The notes beneath the pieces were generated by a model. The model was given only the letters and a program-made list of their open reading frames with translations. It was not told the DNA's origin and did not search any database. A DNA stretch of 63,491 nt, the filler included, from Craspedostauros australis (Eukaryota), in assembly GCA_030167865.1 (NCBI GenBank). It is 11 parts of 11 records of this genome, joined end to end, with 100 filler letters (N's around TTAATTAATTAA, not from the genome) between each part and the next. Parts side by side here need not be neighbours in the genome. Positions count along the whole stretch, not along the records: positions 43,587 to 53,511 come from JALAGF010005575.1; positions 53,612 to 55,932 come from JALAGF010005576.1; positions 56,033 to 57,993 come from JALAGF010005577.1; positions 58,094 to 59,842 come from JALAGF010005579.1; positions 59,943 to 63,491 come from JALAGF010005581.1; 6 more parts are not named here. One strand, written 5' to 3'. Of the stretch, positions 49,412 through 61,577 are shown in pieces. A program made the translations under genes and the position numbers. Positions within the stretch are counted from its first letter, which is position 1, and every line of letters begins with the position of its first letter.

Positions 49412-50020
49412 TGAGATTCAATGAGGGACAGACTACAACCGGACACGGTATCAACCAGATGGGAGAAATTCTCGTTTTGGCGCGAAATCCTCCGACTTGA
49501 TCGACCACCAAATCTTTTCTCCTCCTTTCTCTCCTCCATTCACGAATCCATCATGACTCAAACATGACCGATCGGACTCACACCTCACCTTGGGAACTAT
49601 ATGCTCCTCAGATCCTTTTACTACAACATACCTCGATTCCCTTCACACTGACGGCTACTGCATTATTGCCGTAGTCTCATCATGTGTATCCAACTTGCTT
49701 CAACCTGAGCAATGGAATCCGAGGGTCAGCTCCAGCCACAACCACTGCTTCATGACTGTCACTAACATGCGTCATGGCCTACACTACAGTGTATCTACAT
49801 GTGCGGAGAGCAAGGCACTGTTATGATCATCAACCCCGAGCACTGAACCAAGTACATCAGTGCAGGGTCTCGCCAAGTTGTGTGACATCGTTTCTTCACC
49901 CCATTAACACCACAAGCTAACTCATAATAAACACAGACAAGGATTAGCTACAAAGCACTCATCTACTCATCGTTACAGTAACAACTCTTCAATCAATACA
50001 CCCCTCTTGAACTGCATCAC
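49412..50020 (+). mobile_element. 3' LTR (end approximate)
   Basis: TG after the PPT at 49400-49411; similar to the LTRs at 85-651 and 53612-53807. Confidence 0.65.
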
Positions 50021-53000
50021 ACGGCTATCCCGAAGCTGGCAGATTCAAGAGACATCCTCTACCGATTCGCGCCAACTACGCCCGAATCCTAACTCTGCTT
50101 CAGACTTGTGGTTTGCTGCGTGTACTGGAAGCGGCATTCCATTCTGGGTGATGTGAATGTGGATGAATGAATAAGTCTGCGATGACAGGCAGCGACAACT
50201 TTGTGACAAGTTTGTGGGAAGTACCTGCCATGATGCACGTGTCCATATGCTGCGAAGTATGCCAACGAGGATGGACAAGCCGCGGCTCTGACTGTTGCTG
50301 ATGTGCCTTCTACGAAAGGAGAGGTCTTTTTGTTGGGCCACCCTCCTCAGCTTCCTTCAATCGAATGGAAGAGCATGCAGCTGTGGTGTCAACTTCCTCT
50401 CTCTGCATCATGCGCGGCCATGTTTCTGCTTCTGCATTGCTGTGTTGCTGCCAGTGCCACTTCCATTACCATTGCATTTGTCCCTTTTTTGTCCATGGCA
50501 TAGATAGCTGCAGAGGAGCTTGGACAAGCCATTGGTTGCTCATCTTGTCTCAACTGCTGATGCCAGAATTGTGGGTGGTGTTGTCTGCTGCCTTGATGTG
50601 GGACCTCTCTTTCCTCAGTACGTCTTGCATCTTACATCTTGCATGTGGTTTGGTGTGGAGTTCTTGGTTGTGGCAGGACAGACTCACACCTAGTGCTAGT
50701 GCTCGTGTAGAGATGTGGAGTGTTGTGGAGTTTGATAGATTTCGTTTGAGTTCAATGGGTTGTGCTGTGTCGCAGCAGAGAGTGAGAGTGTGTGTGAGAG
50801 ATTGCACAAGTGACGTCTGCTGCGCTTGTGAGTAAGGATGGCCATGATGATGATAATGTGGATGATGATGATGATGCGGATGGCCAAGCTTCTGGATTCT
50901 CCTTTTTGTGTTGATGTTTGTTCTTCTCTCATCAAGTTTTGCTGACGCCATTGAAACGAAGATGGTCACTAGGTTGTTGTTTGGCTGATCGTGGGTGTTT
51001 CGTTTCGTTTCGTTTCGCCTGTCTATTTTTCGCTGTACCTTCTGTGGCTCTTGTTGTCCAAGTCTGTTCATGACTCATCCAAGTCCTCGTGACTGCTTTC
51101 GCTCCATCAGATGCCATCTATCCAAACATCATTGACAACGCATCTGTATCTTTCTCGTTTCGGAACGCGCGCACGCACACACATGTCAACAGAAAGAGCA
51201 GAAACGGAACGAAACACAAGAGGGAGAAGAAGGCCACAATGCCGACGATGTTGACATGGAGTACGATACTCTATTCCATTCCATTCCATGCTTCACTCTC
51301 CACTCCACTCTGTTGTGGCATCTGTCTGAACTGCTCCACAAAGGATCGGCATCATACACTCTGTGCCTTGCAAGTACACACAGGAAGAATACAAGACAAG
51401 GCCCACCATCATCATCGCCATCAACGCCATGTTCACATAGATCTGCTTTGACACGATCTCTGGCCTTCCTGAGGGAGTATAACACATCATACTCGTCATG
51501 AAACTCGCAGGGATATCGATTTCCATCATGTCACAGACGCCATCCAAACGTATTGGCACATTCCGCAACTACAACTCCGCTCCATGAAGGAATGGTGATC
51601 ACCATGCCTCCGAGCCAGAGGGATGGCGACTTCTTCACAGCCTCCCCCTCTCCACGGTCGCCCTAGTAGTACAGGATAGCGCAAGTTCAGTTGCCCCCTC
51701 TACTCATATGAGTACAAAGCTTGCTGTTGTTCTGGAGCAGCTCCACCACTGCCAACACACTCAACACACACAATCATGACGATCTTCAATGATGGCACTG
51801 CGGTTGCACTTGGCGCACCACCATTGTCAGTGCTCTATGGCCAGACATGCACAGTGCATTTCGGTGTATACGAATCAAACACTGCTCACCATCACTCTAC
51901 TGCATCGTACTATTGCCATGATCTCATGTATTCAAATTGGAATTGAGCTGGATGATTGGCGCTCTCTGTGCCCGTGCGATTCCTGTTGGAAATCCGGGGT
52001 GACCCAGCCTTATTAGTTATATCTGGTTACCTATTCCTGTTGTTGCATTCTCAGAACTGTGAGCATAACATCTTCAGCTCTTCCAATTCCATTTGCCATA
52101 GCATGTATAATCCACAGTAACATCATGTCATACTGTTGCCTTCATGCTGTCTTCATCATGCATTCTCGCTTGTATTCATTGATCCTTTCATCAGGCATCT
52201 CCATCATGCATTTCATCATGCATATCATCATCTACATTCATGCGGTACGATTCCGCAGTCATGCACTTGACTTGTCACAGGTTTCGCCCTTGATCTCTTG
52301 ACACCTTTTCTTACGATTGGTGTCAAGCTTGATGTCCTTTCTGAATTGTTCTAGTCCGCGAGTGGCACGTGTTTCGGTTCTCCAGATGGGGTGATCACAG
52401 ACCTGCTGGTCGTCAATGTTTCTCCTGTGACGTCGTTGTTTGGATCGTCGCGATGTCATGCTTGATGTTGGGACATCCTGTTTTTCGATGTTGTGGCTTT
52501 TCTTGATTCAGAGAGGACAGGCTTGTTTTCTTGTCAAGACTGAGATCAGTCACGTTTGTCTTGAGTCACGGGTGTGATCAACAAGACTCAAAGATGTGAT
52601 CAACAAGAGTTAACTTCAGTTGTGATTGATAATTTTGGGAGGTGCAGCAATCATGGGTATCTTGACAAAGTCGTACCACCGATTCCTAACATGCACCGTC
52701 CGTCTTGGGACCGTATACCAACAGTTTTGATTAACAAAAGCAGAACACACAGCAACATCGAGTGCCTCGACGGACGCGACCGAGGGTGCGTGAGTCTCAA
52801 GAGAAATCGTCTGAAATGAGCTTAATCGAAGTAGTCGTTATTTTCTCAAATACTGGACTGGTGAATCCACTTACAGTAAGTGGATCCACGAGTCCACTTA
52901 TTTTTCTGTTTCGTGCACAGGAGTCGTAAGTGGACTCACCAGTCCACTTACAAAAACGCCCACACACAAAATTCCTTACGGATATGGGAGTATACAGAGG

Positions 53001-53611
53001 GGATGGGGTGCTCAGATACGATGGATATGATGAGGAAGGGCATGATTGTCGACCGTGAAGTGGGGGTGGGTGAGTGTCGCCCAGAGTTTTTTTATGTGAC
53101 AACACGCAATATCACGGGCCGAAATGGTATTGAAACTAAAGTTATCTATTTTTAAGTTCAATATTCACTATCACTGACAGTCAGGTATTCACATGGTATG
53201 CTCAGTTTATGGTTTAACTGAGTTGGTGTATAGATATAGCATCATAAGGGGTTGCTGAGGCTGGTTTGGAGTTTGAGTCGTGATTAGCCTTGATTTGTCC
53301 GCAAAGCACGACAGAATCCCAAAGTGGGGCCCACAGCTAGCATTTGCATGGTGAAATTACCAGTTTACAGAGGGTACAGAGGGTTTTTCAATGATGTGAG
53401 GAGACCAAGCTGAGTTGGAAGTGGCCGAGTGAAGTCAGTCCATCCTAGATCAAGAGTGGTGAGAGCTGTGAGTTGACCAATCTCGGATGGAAGCTGCCCA
53501 GTGAAGTCAGTNNNNNNNNNNNNNNNNNNNNNNNNNNNNNNNNNNNNNNNNNNNNTTAATTAATTAANNNNNNNNNNNNNNNNNNNNNNNNNNNNNNNNN
53601 NNNNNNNNNNN

Positions 53612-53807
53612 ATATAGTTCCCACATGCGTTGGTTGGCTTAGATGGACCGTAGCATGGGAATCGGGAATGATTCGTGACTGAAAAGAGGGGAGGGCAAGG
53701 AAGGTCTGTCCATTGTCGGGTTTGGACTATTGCGCGCCAAAAGCAATTTCAAGCAACGACACGGGATACTCTAAAAAGGAAAGTAGTCGGTTCTTAGTTG
53801 AACTTCA
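53612..53807 (-). mobile_element. Partial 3' LTR
   Basis: TG after the PPT; TGGGAACTATAT motif shared with the 49412 LTR. Confidence 0.7.
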
Positions 53808-53880
53808 ACTCTCCCTCTCAGTGTTGTGTCGTGACAAGATATAGATTTCGAAGAAAACTCCATCCCTGGTGTTGCTGGCT

Positions 53881-55114
53881 TTACCAGCCCATGATCTGCT
53901 TGCGCAGATACTCGAAAAGAACAATCGCCAGTCCCTTTGTGAAGATGTCGGCGGGTTGTTCAGTCGTGGCAATGTGTTTGATGCAAATGAACCCTGCCTT
54001 AACCCAGTACCAGAAGAAGTGCCACTTGGTCAGGAAGTGCTTAGTGCGTGCCGTAGGTTGATGGTTGGTGGCGAGCGCGATGCATCCCTGGTTGTCTTCG
54101 AACACCGTACATTGGAGCTGCGTGTGCAGCGGCATGCTTGTGCCAGCGTTGTCGATGACTTGGCGGATGAGCTGTTGGATGGGGATGAGCGCTGTTGGCA
54201 AGTTCCGCTCACGGTAACCTACGATCGTGGAAGATGGTGTTGGTTGATAGTCTTCTGTTTGCTATTTCATTACTTGGCTACTCCGATCCTCTCAGTGTAT
54301 GCCCGTTCTCTTGCCCGATGCTCTTGGTGCTTCAATCTGTTTCGTAGATTCGGTCTCCGACTATGAGTCGGTACGCGAGATGCTCTCTCGCTCCTCTCTG
54401 TACTCTCTCTCTCTCTCAACATCGTGTGCTCGTCGCGCACGATACTCCGTGTTCAATACGTACTCCGTATTCGACACTCCGTTCATNNNNNNNNNNNNNN
54501 NNNNNNNNNNNNNNNNNNNNNNNNNNNNNNNNNNNNNNNNNNNNNNNNNNNNNNNNNNNNNNNNNNNNNNNNNNNNNNNNNNNNNNNNNNNNNNNNCTGA
54601 CTTGGAGACAGATGTCGACGTGGTGACACGATGACATCCTGTCAACGTCAGTAGGTGTCCTTCTGCTCTCCAGATGTCACGTTCCATTGGTGATGCAGTG
54701 GTCTGTCAGATGATATCGTCATCTGAGGTTTAGTTGGGAAGTACCTCGAGATTCTCTTGGTACCATTGATGGATGGACGGACCATCTTCCAATTCTCTCA
54801 GAAATCGTCATTTGCAAATTTCCTCCAGAAATCTTGCCCCTTTTCGTGTGTTCCGTTTCCCCTGTAATTCTGACGNNNNNNNNNNNNNNNNNNNNNNNNN
54901 NNNNNNNNTACCGTCCAAGTGCGTATGAGAGAATAGCGGGTGAACGATGCACATATACACGTACATCTTGACATATACTCACATGTACATCTCGACAGAG
55001 CGCGCGCATGGCCAGAGACAGGGCCGCATACTCGGCCTCCATTGTGGAAAGAGCGATCTCCGTCTGAAGCTTTGACTTTCAGATTAGCGGGCACCCACCC
55101 AGTGTGATGAGATA
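53881..55114 (-). pseudogene. pol: Ty1/copia RNase H fragment split by LTR insertions
   Basis: YLITLGGCPLI*KSKLQTEIALSTMEAEYAALSLAMRAL (54998-55114) continues as ALIPIQQL...QIMGW (53881-54192). Confidence 0.9.
54193..54997. mobile_element. Solo LTR-like element (TG...CA) with 6-bp TSD GAGCGC
   Basis: GAGCGC|TGTTGGCAAG ... CATCTCGACA|GAGCGC; removing the element and one TSD restores AMRALIP. Confidence 0.85.
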
Positions 55115-55932
55115 TGTTGAGATGTACATGCGTGTATATGTCAAGATGTACGTATGTGTATGTGCATCGTTCACCCATTATTCTCTTATACTCACGTACG
55201 GACGGTACAACTACATTCGTGTTGTAGTGAACTGTGATTTGACAAAATCACACCACAAATAGAACACACGAAAATGAGCAGGATTTCTGGAGGAAATCTG
55301 CAAACAACAATTTCTGAGAGTATCAGGAACATCGTCCGTCCATCCATCAATGGGAACGCATGGTACCAAGCGAAACTTGGTATACTTCCCAACTAAACCT
55401 CAATTGACGATATCCGCACCGAGACATCGACATCATCGACAGAACGTGACATCTGGAGAGCAGAAGGACGACAACTGACGTTGACAGGATGTCATCATGT
55501 CACCATGTCGACATCTGTCTCAATGTCAGAAGCAGAAGGTGAAGATCAGATGACAGAAGTACATCAAGATCACGGATACATGTAGAGGAGTTCAAATGGC
55601 AAGTACTCGTGGAGTAGAAGCCATTAGTAAACGAACGGAGTGTCGAATGCGGAGTACGCATCGAGCACGGAGTGACACGTAGTACAAACACGCGCTATTG
55701 AGAGAGAGAGAGAGAGAGAGATAACAAGCAAGAGCGAGAGAGTATCTCGCGTACCGACTCATAGTCGGGTTCAACCAATCTGTGAAGAGACAGACGCGCC
55801 GAGAGCATCGGGCAAGACTACGGAGACACCAAGAGGATCGGAGTGCTTCAACTAATGAAATAGCAAACAGAGAAACAGTAACCACCACCGTCTTCCACGA
55901 TCGTAGGCTCCCAACATCGGGACTTGCCAACA
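55115..55932. mobile_element. Related solo LTR-like element in the opposite orientation
   Basis: TGTTGAGATGTACATG ... GACTTGCCAACA, reverse-complement similar to 54193-54997. Confidence 0.82.
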
Positions 55933-56032
55933 NNNNNNNNNNNNNNNNNNNNNNNNNNNNNNNNNNNNNNNNNNNNTTAATTAATTAANNNNNNNNNNNN
56001 NNNNNNNNNNNNNNNNNNNNNNNNNNNNNNNN

Positions 56033-56724
56033 GTTGACATCCTGTCGACGTCAGTAGGCGTCCTTCTGCTCTCCAGATGTCACGTTCCATTGGTGATGCA
56101 GTAGTCTGTCAGATGACATCGTCATCTGAGGTTTAGTTGGGAAGTACCTCGAGATTCTCTTGGTACCATTGATGCATGGACGGACGATCTTCTGATTCTT
56201 CCAGAAATCGTTATTTGCAAATTTCCTCCAGAAATCTTGCCCCTTTTNGTGTGTTCCATTTCCCCTGTAATTCTGACGAATCACAGCATACTATCGACAC
56301 GAGTNTAGTTATACCGTCCAAGCGCGTATGAGAGAATAGCGGGTGAACGATGCACATATACACGTACATCTTGACATATACTCACATGTACATCTCGACA
56401 TCGGTGTACGCCCGTTCTCTTGCCCAATGCTCTCGGTAGTTCAATCTGTTTTGTAGATTCAGTCTCCGACTATGAGTCGGTACGCGAGATGCTCTCTCGC
56501 TCCTCTCTGTATTCTCTCTCTCTNNNNNNNNNNNNNNNNNNNNNNNNNNNNNNNNNNNNNNNNNNNNNNNNNNGTGTGTTCCATTTCCCCTGTAATTCTG
56601 ACGAATCACAGCATACTATCGACACGAGTATAGTTATACCGTCCAAGTGCGAATGAGAGAATAACGGGTGAACGATGCACATATATACGTACATCTTGAC
56701 ATATACTCACATGTACATCTCGAC
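56033..56724. mobile_element. Two further partial copies of the same LTR family, one ending inside the other
   Basis: CATCTCGACA ends at 56400 and 56724; internal LTR sequence resumes at 56401. Confidence 0.75.
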
Positions 56725-58093
56725 ACAAGTTGCAACTCAAGCACAATTGTACGCAGTTGAGATGTGGGTCATGCATGGGACGTTTCTGTGATTGGTCACT
56801 TTTCGGAAAACAGTATTTGCAAACCCTGATCCAAGCAACTCGATCCTGCTCGTGTGTGTGTGCGTGATTCAAAACACCCATGACTGTACTTTTATAGAAT
56901 CTCTATATATGTACTATCCTAATTTGATCAACTCAAATTAGCAACCACCATCACCNNNNNNNNNNNNNNNNNNNNNNNNNNNNNNNNNNNNNNNNNNNNN
57001 NNNNNNNNNNNNNNNNNNNNNNNNNNNNNNNNNNNNNNNNNNNNNNNNNNNNNNNNNNNNNNNNNCTTTGTGAGGATGGCGTGGCGAAGAGCCAGGACGA
57101 GAGTATCATTCACTCTTGACCACCATCTGTGCATTTTGAACAGGCCCCCCTTCCACCCCCCACACATACACCCACTCCCTCCTTCCTTCCCCATCCCTCT
57201 ACGGGGACTGGACATTGGTGGAGAGTATAGTAGAGTGGAATCGTTCATCATTCTCCACACTCCAGCCATGGCCTTGCTATCTGCTCCGTCTGTCTATCTT
57301 TTCTCGAGGCATGTCGAAGACTCTGTCGAGTGATTGCGTTTCAGCTGTGCAGACGTTCGAGTGTTGGCGTGTGTTCCTCTCACATGAGACATAGCGCAGC
57401 AGCACAGACGCACACATGATAGCTGCTACATGCCTATGTATTAGTACATCTAATCGATGAGTATTGCTGCTTTCGTTCCCATCACCATGATGATCATTTC
57501 CAGCACGGATATCGTGAGGCTGAAGATTGCTCACAATTGCGTTTTCGAGAAGGACAAGTTGACTTGGTTTGGCGAGGACAGAGAAAGAATGAACAGACAT
57601 CTGGGAGGATGATGATGGGAGTGACTTGTTTCTGGCTCCAGATTTTGGCAACGCATCAACAACCAACTCCTCTCCTCGCATGTGTGTGTGCGCACCATTC
57701 CAACACCCATCTCTCTTCGCCTATTGGCTTTGATCTTGTGTAGTAACTGTTCTAATATCTTTTAACGAAGTATTGTCGGGCATCGCCCGACACTTGTTAA
57801 AACTACTTTTTGACACAGGGAGAGGATCCCTTGTGCTTGCACAACATTCTCCAAGGATGATCCTGGCATTTCACACACCGCCTTGACTGTCCACCACCCC
57901 CCATCCAACCTCCCCCCACACACACAATACCCACATCCCCCAATACTACTTGTATCATATACTAGTATATGAGCTGCGAGTATCAGGATCTCCNNNNNNN
58001 NNNNNNNNNNNNNNNNNNNNNNNNNNNNNNNNNNNNNTTAATTAATTAANNNNNNNNNNNNNNNNNNNNNNNNNNNNNNNNNNNNNNNNNNNN

Positions 58094-58763
58094 AATATTA
58101 TTCGTCACATGTTCGGAGACTATTTGTCACACCTTTGTATACCATGTCATTATGACTATGACTAAGCATACAGACGCAATTGATACCTGTATAACCGCAA
58201 GGAGGGTAGCCTGTCCTCTGGTAACGTAAAGAAGACACCCACGGCGGATCAGGAGGTCCTGATACCACGCCTACCATGGTAACCATCCAGATGACGACGT
58301 CGATCAGAACAGCATGTCTATGGGCAAGTGACGCACCTTCTTCAGAGGACAGCACACGCCCCTCCTACGGACAAGAACATCCGCAGGTTTGGAACATCAG
58401 AAAGGATCAGAACATCCGCAGGTTTGGAACATCACCAAAGGAGACATCGGGTATGAGACAATGGCGTCATGAAGATCAACGAAGGAAACATGAGACAGGC
58501 AAGTGCTCAGGGCTGCAGATCCCTACCATGCAAACGTAGACAGCTACAGCAACGCAGAGGCAAAGAAGCAAGAACAGAGCATGATGAATGAAGAGGGAAG
58601 CACCTAAGAGACAACAGGATGCCCCGTGTCGTTACCGCAACAGATGCCTGTCAAGAAAACGAAATCGGAAGAGAAAGTGAGATTGTGCTCACAGTTCTAA
58701 AACGGTACAGTTTCTAACAGCAGATTAGAATGTAGTACTAACTATAACCCCGGATTTCCAACA
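58094..58763 (+). mobile_element. 5' LTR (partial) of a third-lineage copia
   Basis: Ends ACCCCGGATTTCCAACA; second copy at 61233-61577; gag lies downstream. Confidence 0.75.
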
Positions 58764-59188
58764 CGTTTCGAAACGTTACGATTGAAATCCTACGTTTCTA
58801 CCACCATCAACACAGCNNNNNNNNNNNNNNNNNNNNNNNNNNNNNNNNNNNNNNNNNNNNNNNNNNCAGAGGCAAAGAAGCAAGAACAGAGCATGATGAA
58901 TGAAGAGGGAAGCACCTAAGAGACAACAGGATGCCCCGTGTCGTTACCGCAACAGATGCCTGTCAAGAAAACGAAATCGGAAGAGAAAGTGAGATTGTGC
59001 TCACAGTTCTAAAACGGTACAGTTTCTAACAGCAGATTAGNNNNNNNNNNNNNNNNNNNNNNNNNNNNNNNNNNNNNNNNNNNNNNNNNNNNNNNNNNNN
59101 NNNNNNNNNNNNNNNNNNNNNNNNNNNNNNNNNNNNNNNNNNNNNNNNNNNNNNNNNNNNNNNNNNNNNNNNNNNNNNNNNNNNNNNN

Positions 59189-59842
59189 TACATGATCATG
59201 TTCGACGGCAAGCGGTCCAGCTGGAAAGCTTGGAGTGCAAAGTTCCTAGCCCGCGCTAACCGCAAGGGCTATGGTGACTTGTATCTCAAGGACATGGGTG
59301 ATGTGGTTGTGAAGGAAGAACCGTTCGTCCCCTCTGTTGCTTCCCTCCCTGTGAAAGGCAAGAAGAAGGACGACGACGAAGCCAAGAAGCCAAGTGTCAT
59401 GACTCCTAAAGAGGAGGCTGAGTACAAGAAGGCATTGGCGAAGTACGCGTTTGAAGAACTGACCATGGCTATTAGCCATGANNNNNNNNNNNNNNNNNNN
59501 NNNNNNNNNNNNNNNNNNNNNNNNNNNNNNNNNNNNNNNNNNNNNNNNNNNNNNNNNNNNNNNNNNNNNNNNNNNNNNNNNNNNNNNNNNNNNNNNNNNN
59601 NNNNNNNNNNNNNNNNNNNNNNNNNNNNNNNNNNNGGGATGCGCATGAAGAAGGGAGAACACCCGGACACGTTCCTCACCGAGATGGAAGTGCTCCGTGG
59701 ACGCCTCTCCCACGCCGGCGTCGACTTGGACATGACTCAGTACCACATGCTCGTGCTTAACGCCCTCGCAAGGGACTACGAGATGGATGTGAAGCTCATC
59801 GAGCTCAAGTTCACCGGCATCGAAAGCACGATGTCAATCGAG
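59189..59842 (+). CDS. gag: Ty1/copia gag (partial, gapped)
   Basis: FDGKRSSWKAWSAKFLARANRKGY and PDTFLTEME..L, typical copia gag. Confidence 0.8.
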
Positions 59843-59942
59843 NNNNNNNNNNNNNNNNNNNNNNNNNNNNNNNNNNNNNNNNNNNNTTAATTAATTAANN
59901 NNNNNNNNNNNNNNNNNNNNNNNNNNNNNNNNNNNNNNNNNN

Positions 59943-61182
59943 TGTGTCCATGGAGTCGAACTCTTTCTTGATGGCTGCTCGATATCCCTTTTGATGAATA
60001 GGGTCTGGATGATTGAAGGCTCCATCAAATGTTGTAGGTTCGATGTGCTTCTCTGGTTCCTTGTTCTCGTCCTGCATCGACAGTCCGATGTCGATCGCTG
60101 GTGCTTCGGTGATGATTGCGTTCATCCCGTATAGTCCTGTTGTGCTATGATGAGTGATCTCGATCTCTTCATCTTCGTCTTCGATTTCGATTTCTTCGTC
60201 ATCTGTAGTTTCGTTGTTGGACTCGTCGGTTACCTCATCGCTCAGTTCGTCACTATCGTCATTGGATGATGGCTTGCTCTCATAACCCTCTTCCTCTCGA
60301 CCTTGTTCGTTGAAGTCTACGAGCTCACGCAGAGCTCTGGGAATGCTCTTCCCTGTGGTTGGCTTGGGATTAGCTTCTCCCTTCCTGCCTCGTGCTTCGT
60401 GACATCGGATTCTCTCCTTTCTAGCTATGTCACGCTTGCTTGGTTTGCTTGGTGGAGGCCTGGATGGTGTGTCATGTGTAGACCTCGCTGGTGTGTTCGG
60501 AGGAGTGATGCCTGTATCATCTTCGGCTTCGTCGCCGGATGGTGTGATCTCGTCATCCTCATGATTGGATTCGTTCCGATCTTTTTCGTCGTTATGGACT
60601 AGTTGGGTTACTGCTCCATTGTCCTCATCATCCTCATCATCGCTGTCTGATAGGATGTGATACTTGTTCATGTTGGCGAAAGACACTCTCTTTGCTTCTG
60701 ATGTTCGACGCGTTGCCGTCCTTGGCATTGCTCCCTTCCGTCCGATGGTCGTGAAGCCGTCTGCGTCCGTTGTTCCTACTTCATTGGATATGTTCGGTGC
60801 TGGTGCCCAGCCACGGAACTGTCTGTATGATTGGTTGAGCCATTTGATGTCGCGAGAGCAGACCAGTGATTTGGTCGATGGTCTGTACATGTTGTAGACC
60901 CCTGATGCGTGTTGGTGTGCATATCCAATGAACACCATCTCCTCTCCTCTATTCTTGAGCTTGGCGGTGATCCCGCCGTAGGTGGTCTTCACAACACCCA
61001 CCTCTCCAAATGTACGGAGTGCATCCGCATATGGTGGATCGTTGCCAAAGAATTGTCGATGTGGTGACTCCTTTTGATTCTTCGCTACGGTGATGTTAGC
61101 GATGGCGGTGGCAGTGCTAGCAGCTGCTGCCCACAGGCCATGCCTATACTCTTCGTCGAGCTGTGCTCCGTTGAGCATGGAG
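59943..61182 (-). pseudogene. pol: Ty1/copia integrase C-terminus, linker and RT start (partial)
   Basis: GLWAAAASTAT, LRTFGE, KLKNRG...FIGYA and EPTTFDGAFNHPD....AIKKEF motifs. Confidence 0.88.
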
Positions 61183-61232
61183 NNNNNNNNNNNNNNNNNN
61201 NNNNNNNNNNNNNNNNNNNNNNNNNNNNNNNN

Positions 61233-61577
61233 CAGGTTTGGAACATCACCAAAGGTGACATCGATCATGAGACGACGGCGTCATGAGATCAACGATGGAA
61301 AACATGAGATAGACAAGCGCTCAGGACTGCAGATCCCTACCATGCAAGCGTAGACAGCTACGACAATGCAGAGACAAGGAAGCAAGAACAGAGCATGATG
61401 AACGAAGAGGGAAGCACCTAAGAGACAACAGGATGACCCGTGTCGTTACCGCGACAGATACCTGCCAAGAAAACGAAATCGGAAGAGAAAGTGAGATTGT
61501 GCTCACAGTTCTAAAACGGTACAGTTTCTAACAGCAGATTAGAATTCAGTACTAACTATAACCCCGGATTTCCAACA
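61233..61577 (+). mobile_element. LTR 3' part inserted antisense into an integrase
   Basis: Homologous to about 58420-58763; integrase sequence resumes at 61578. Confidence 0.8.

Noticed and set aside
50050..52800. Host genes among the short ORFs here and at 23245-24900 and 56730-57990
   Set aside because: No recognisable motifs; they look like decayed or non-coding sequence.
23145..59942. Recurring TTAATTAATTAA motif and ORFs ending in LIN
   Set aside because: Artificial concatenation linker; adjacency across it has no biological meaning.
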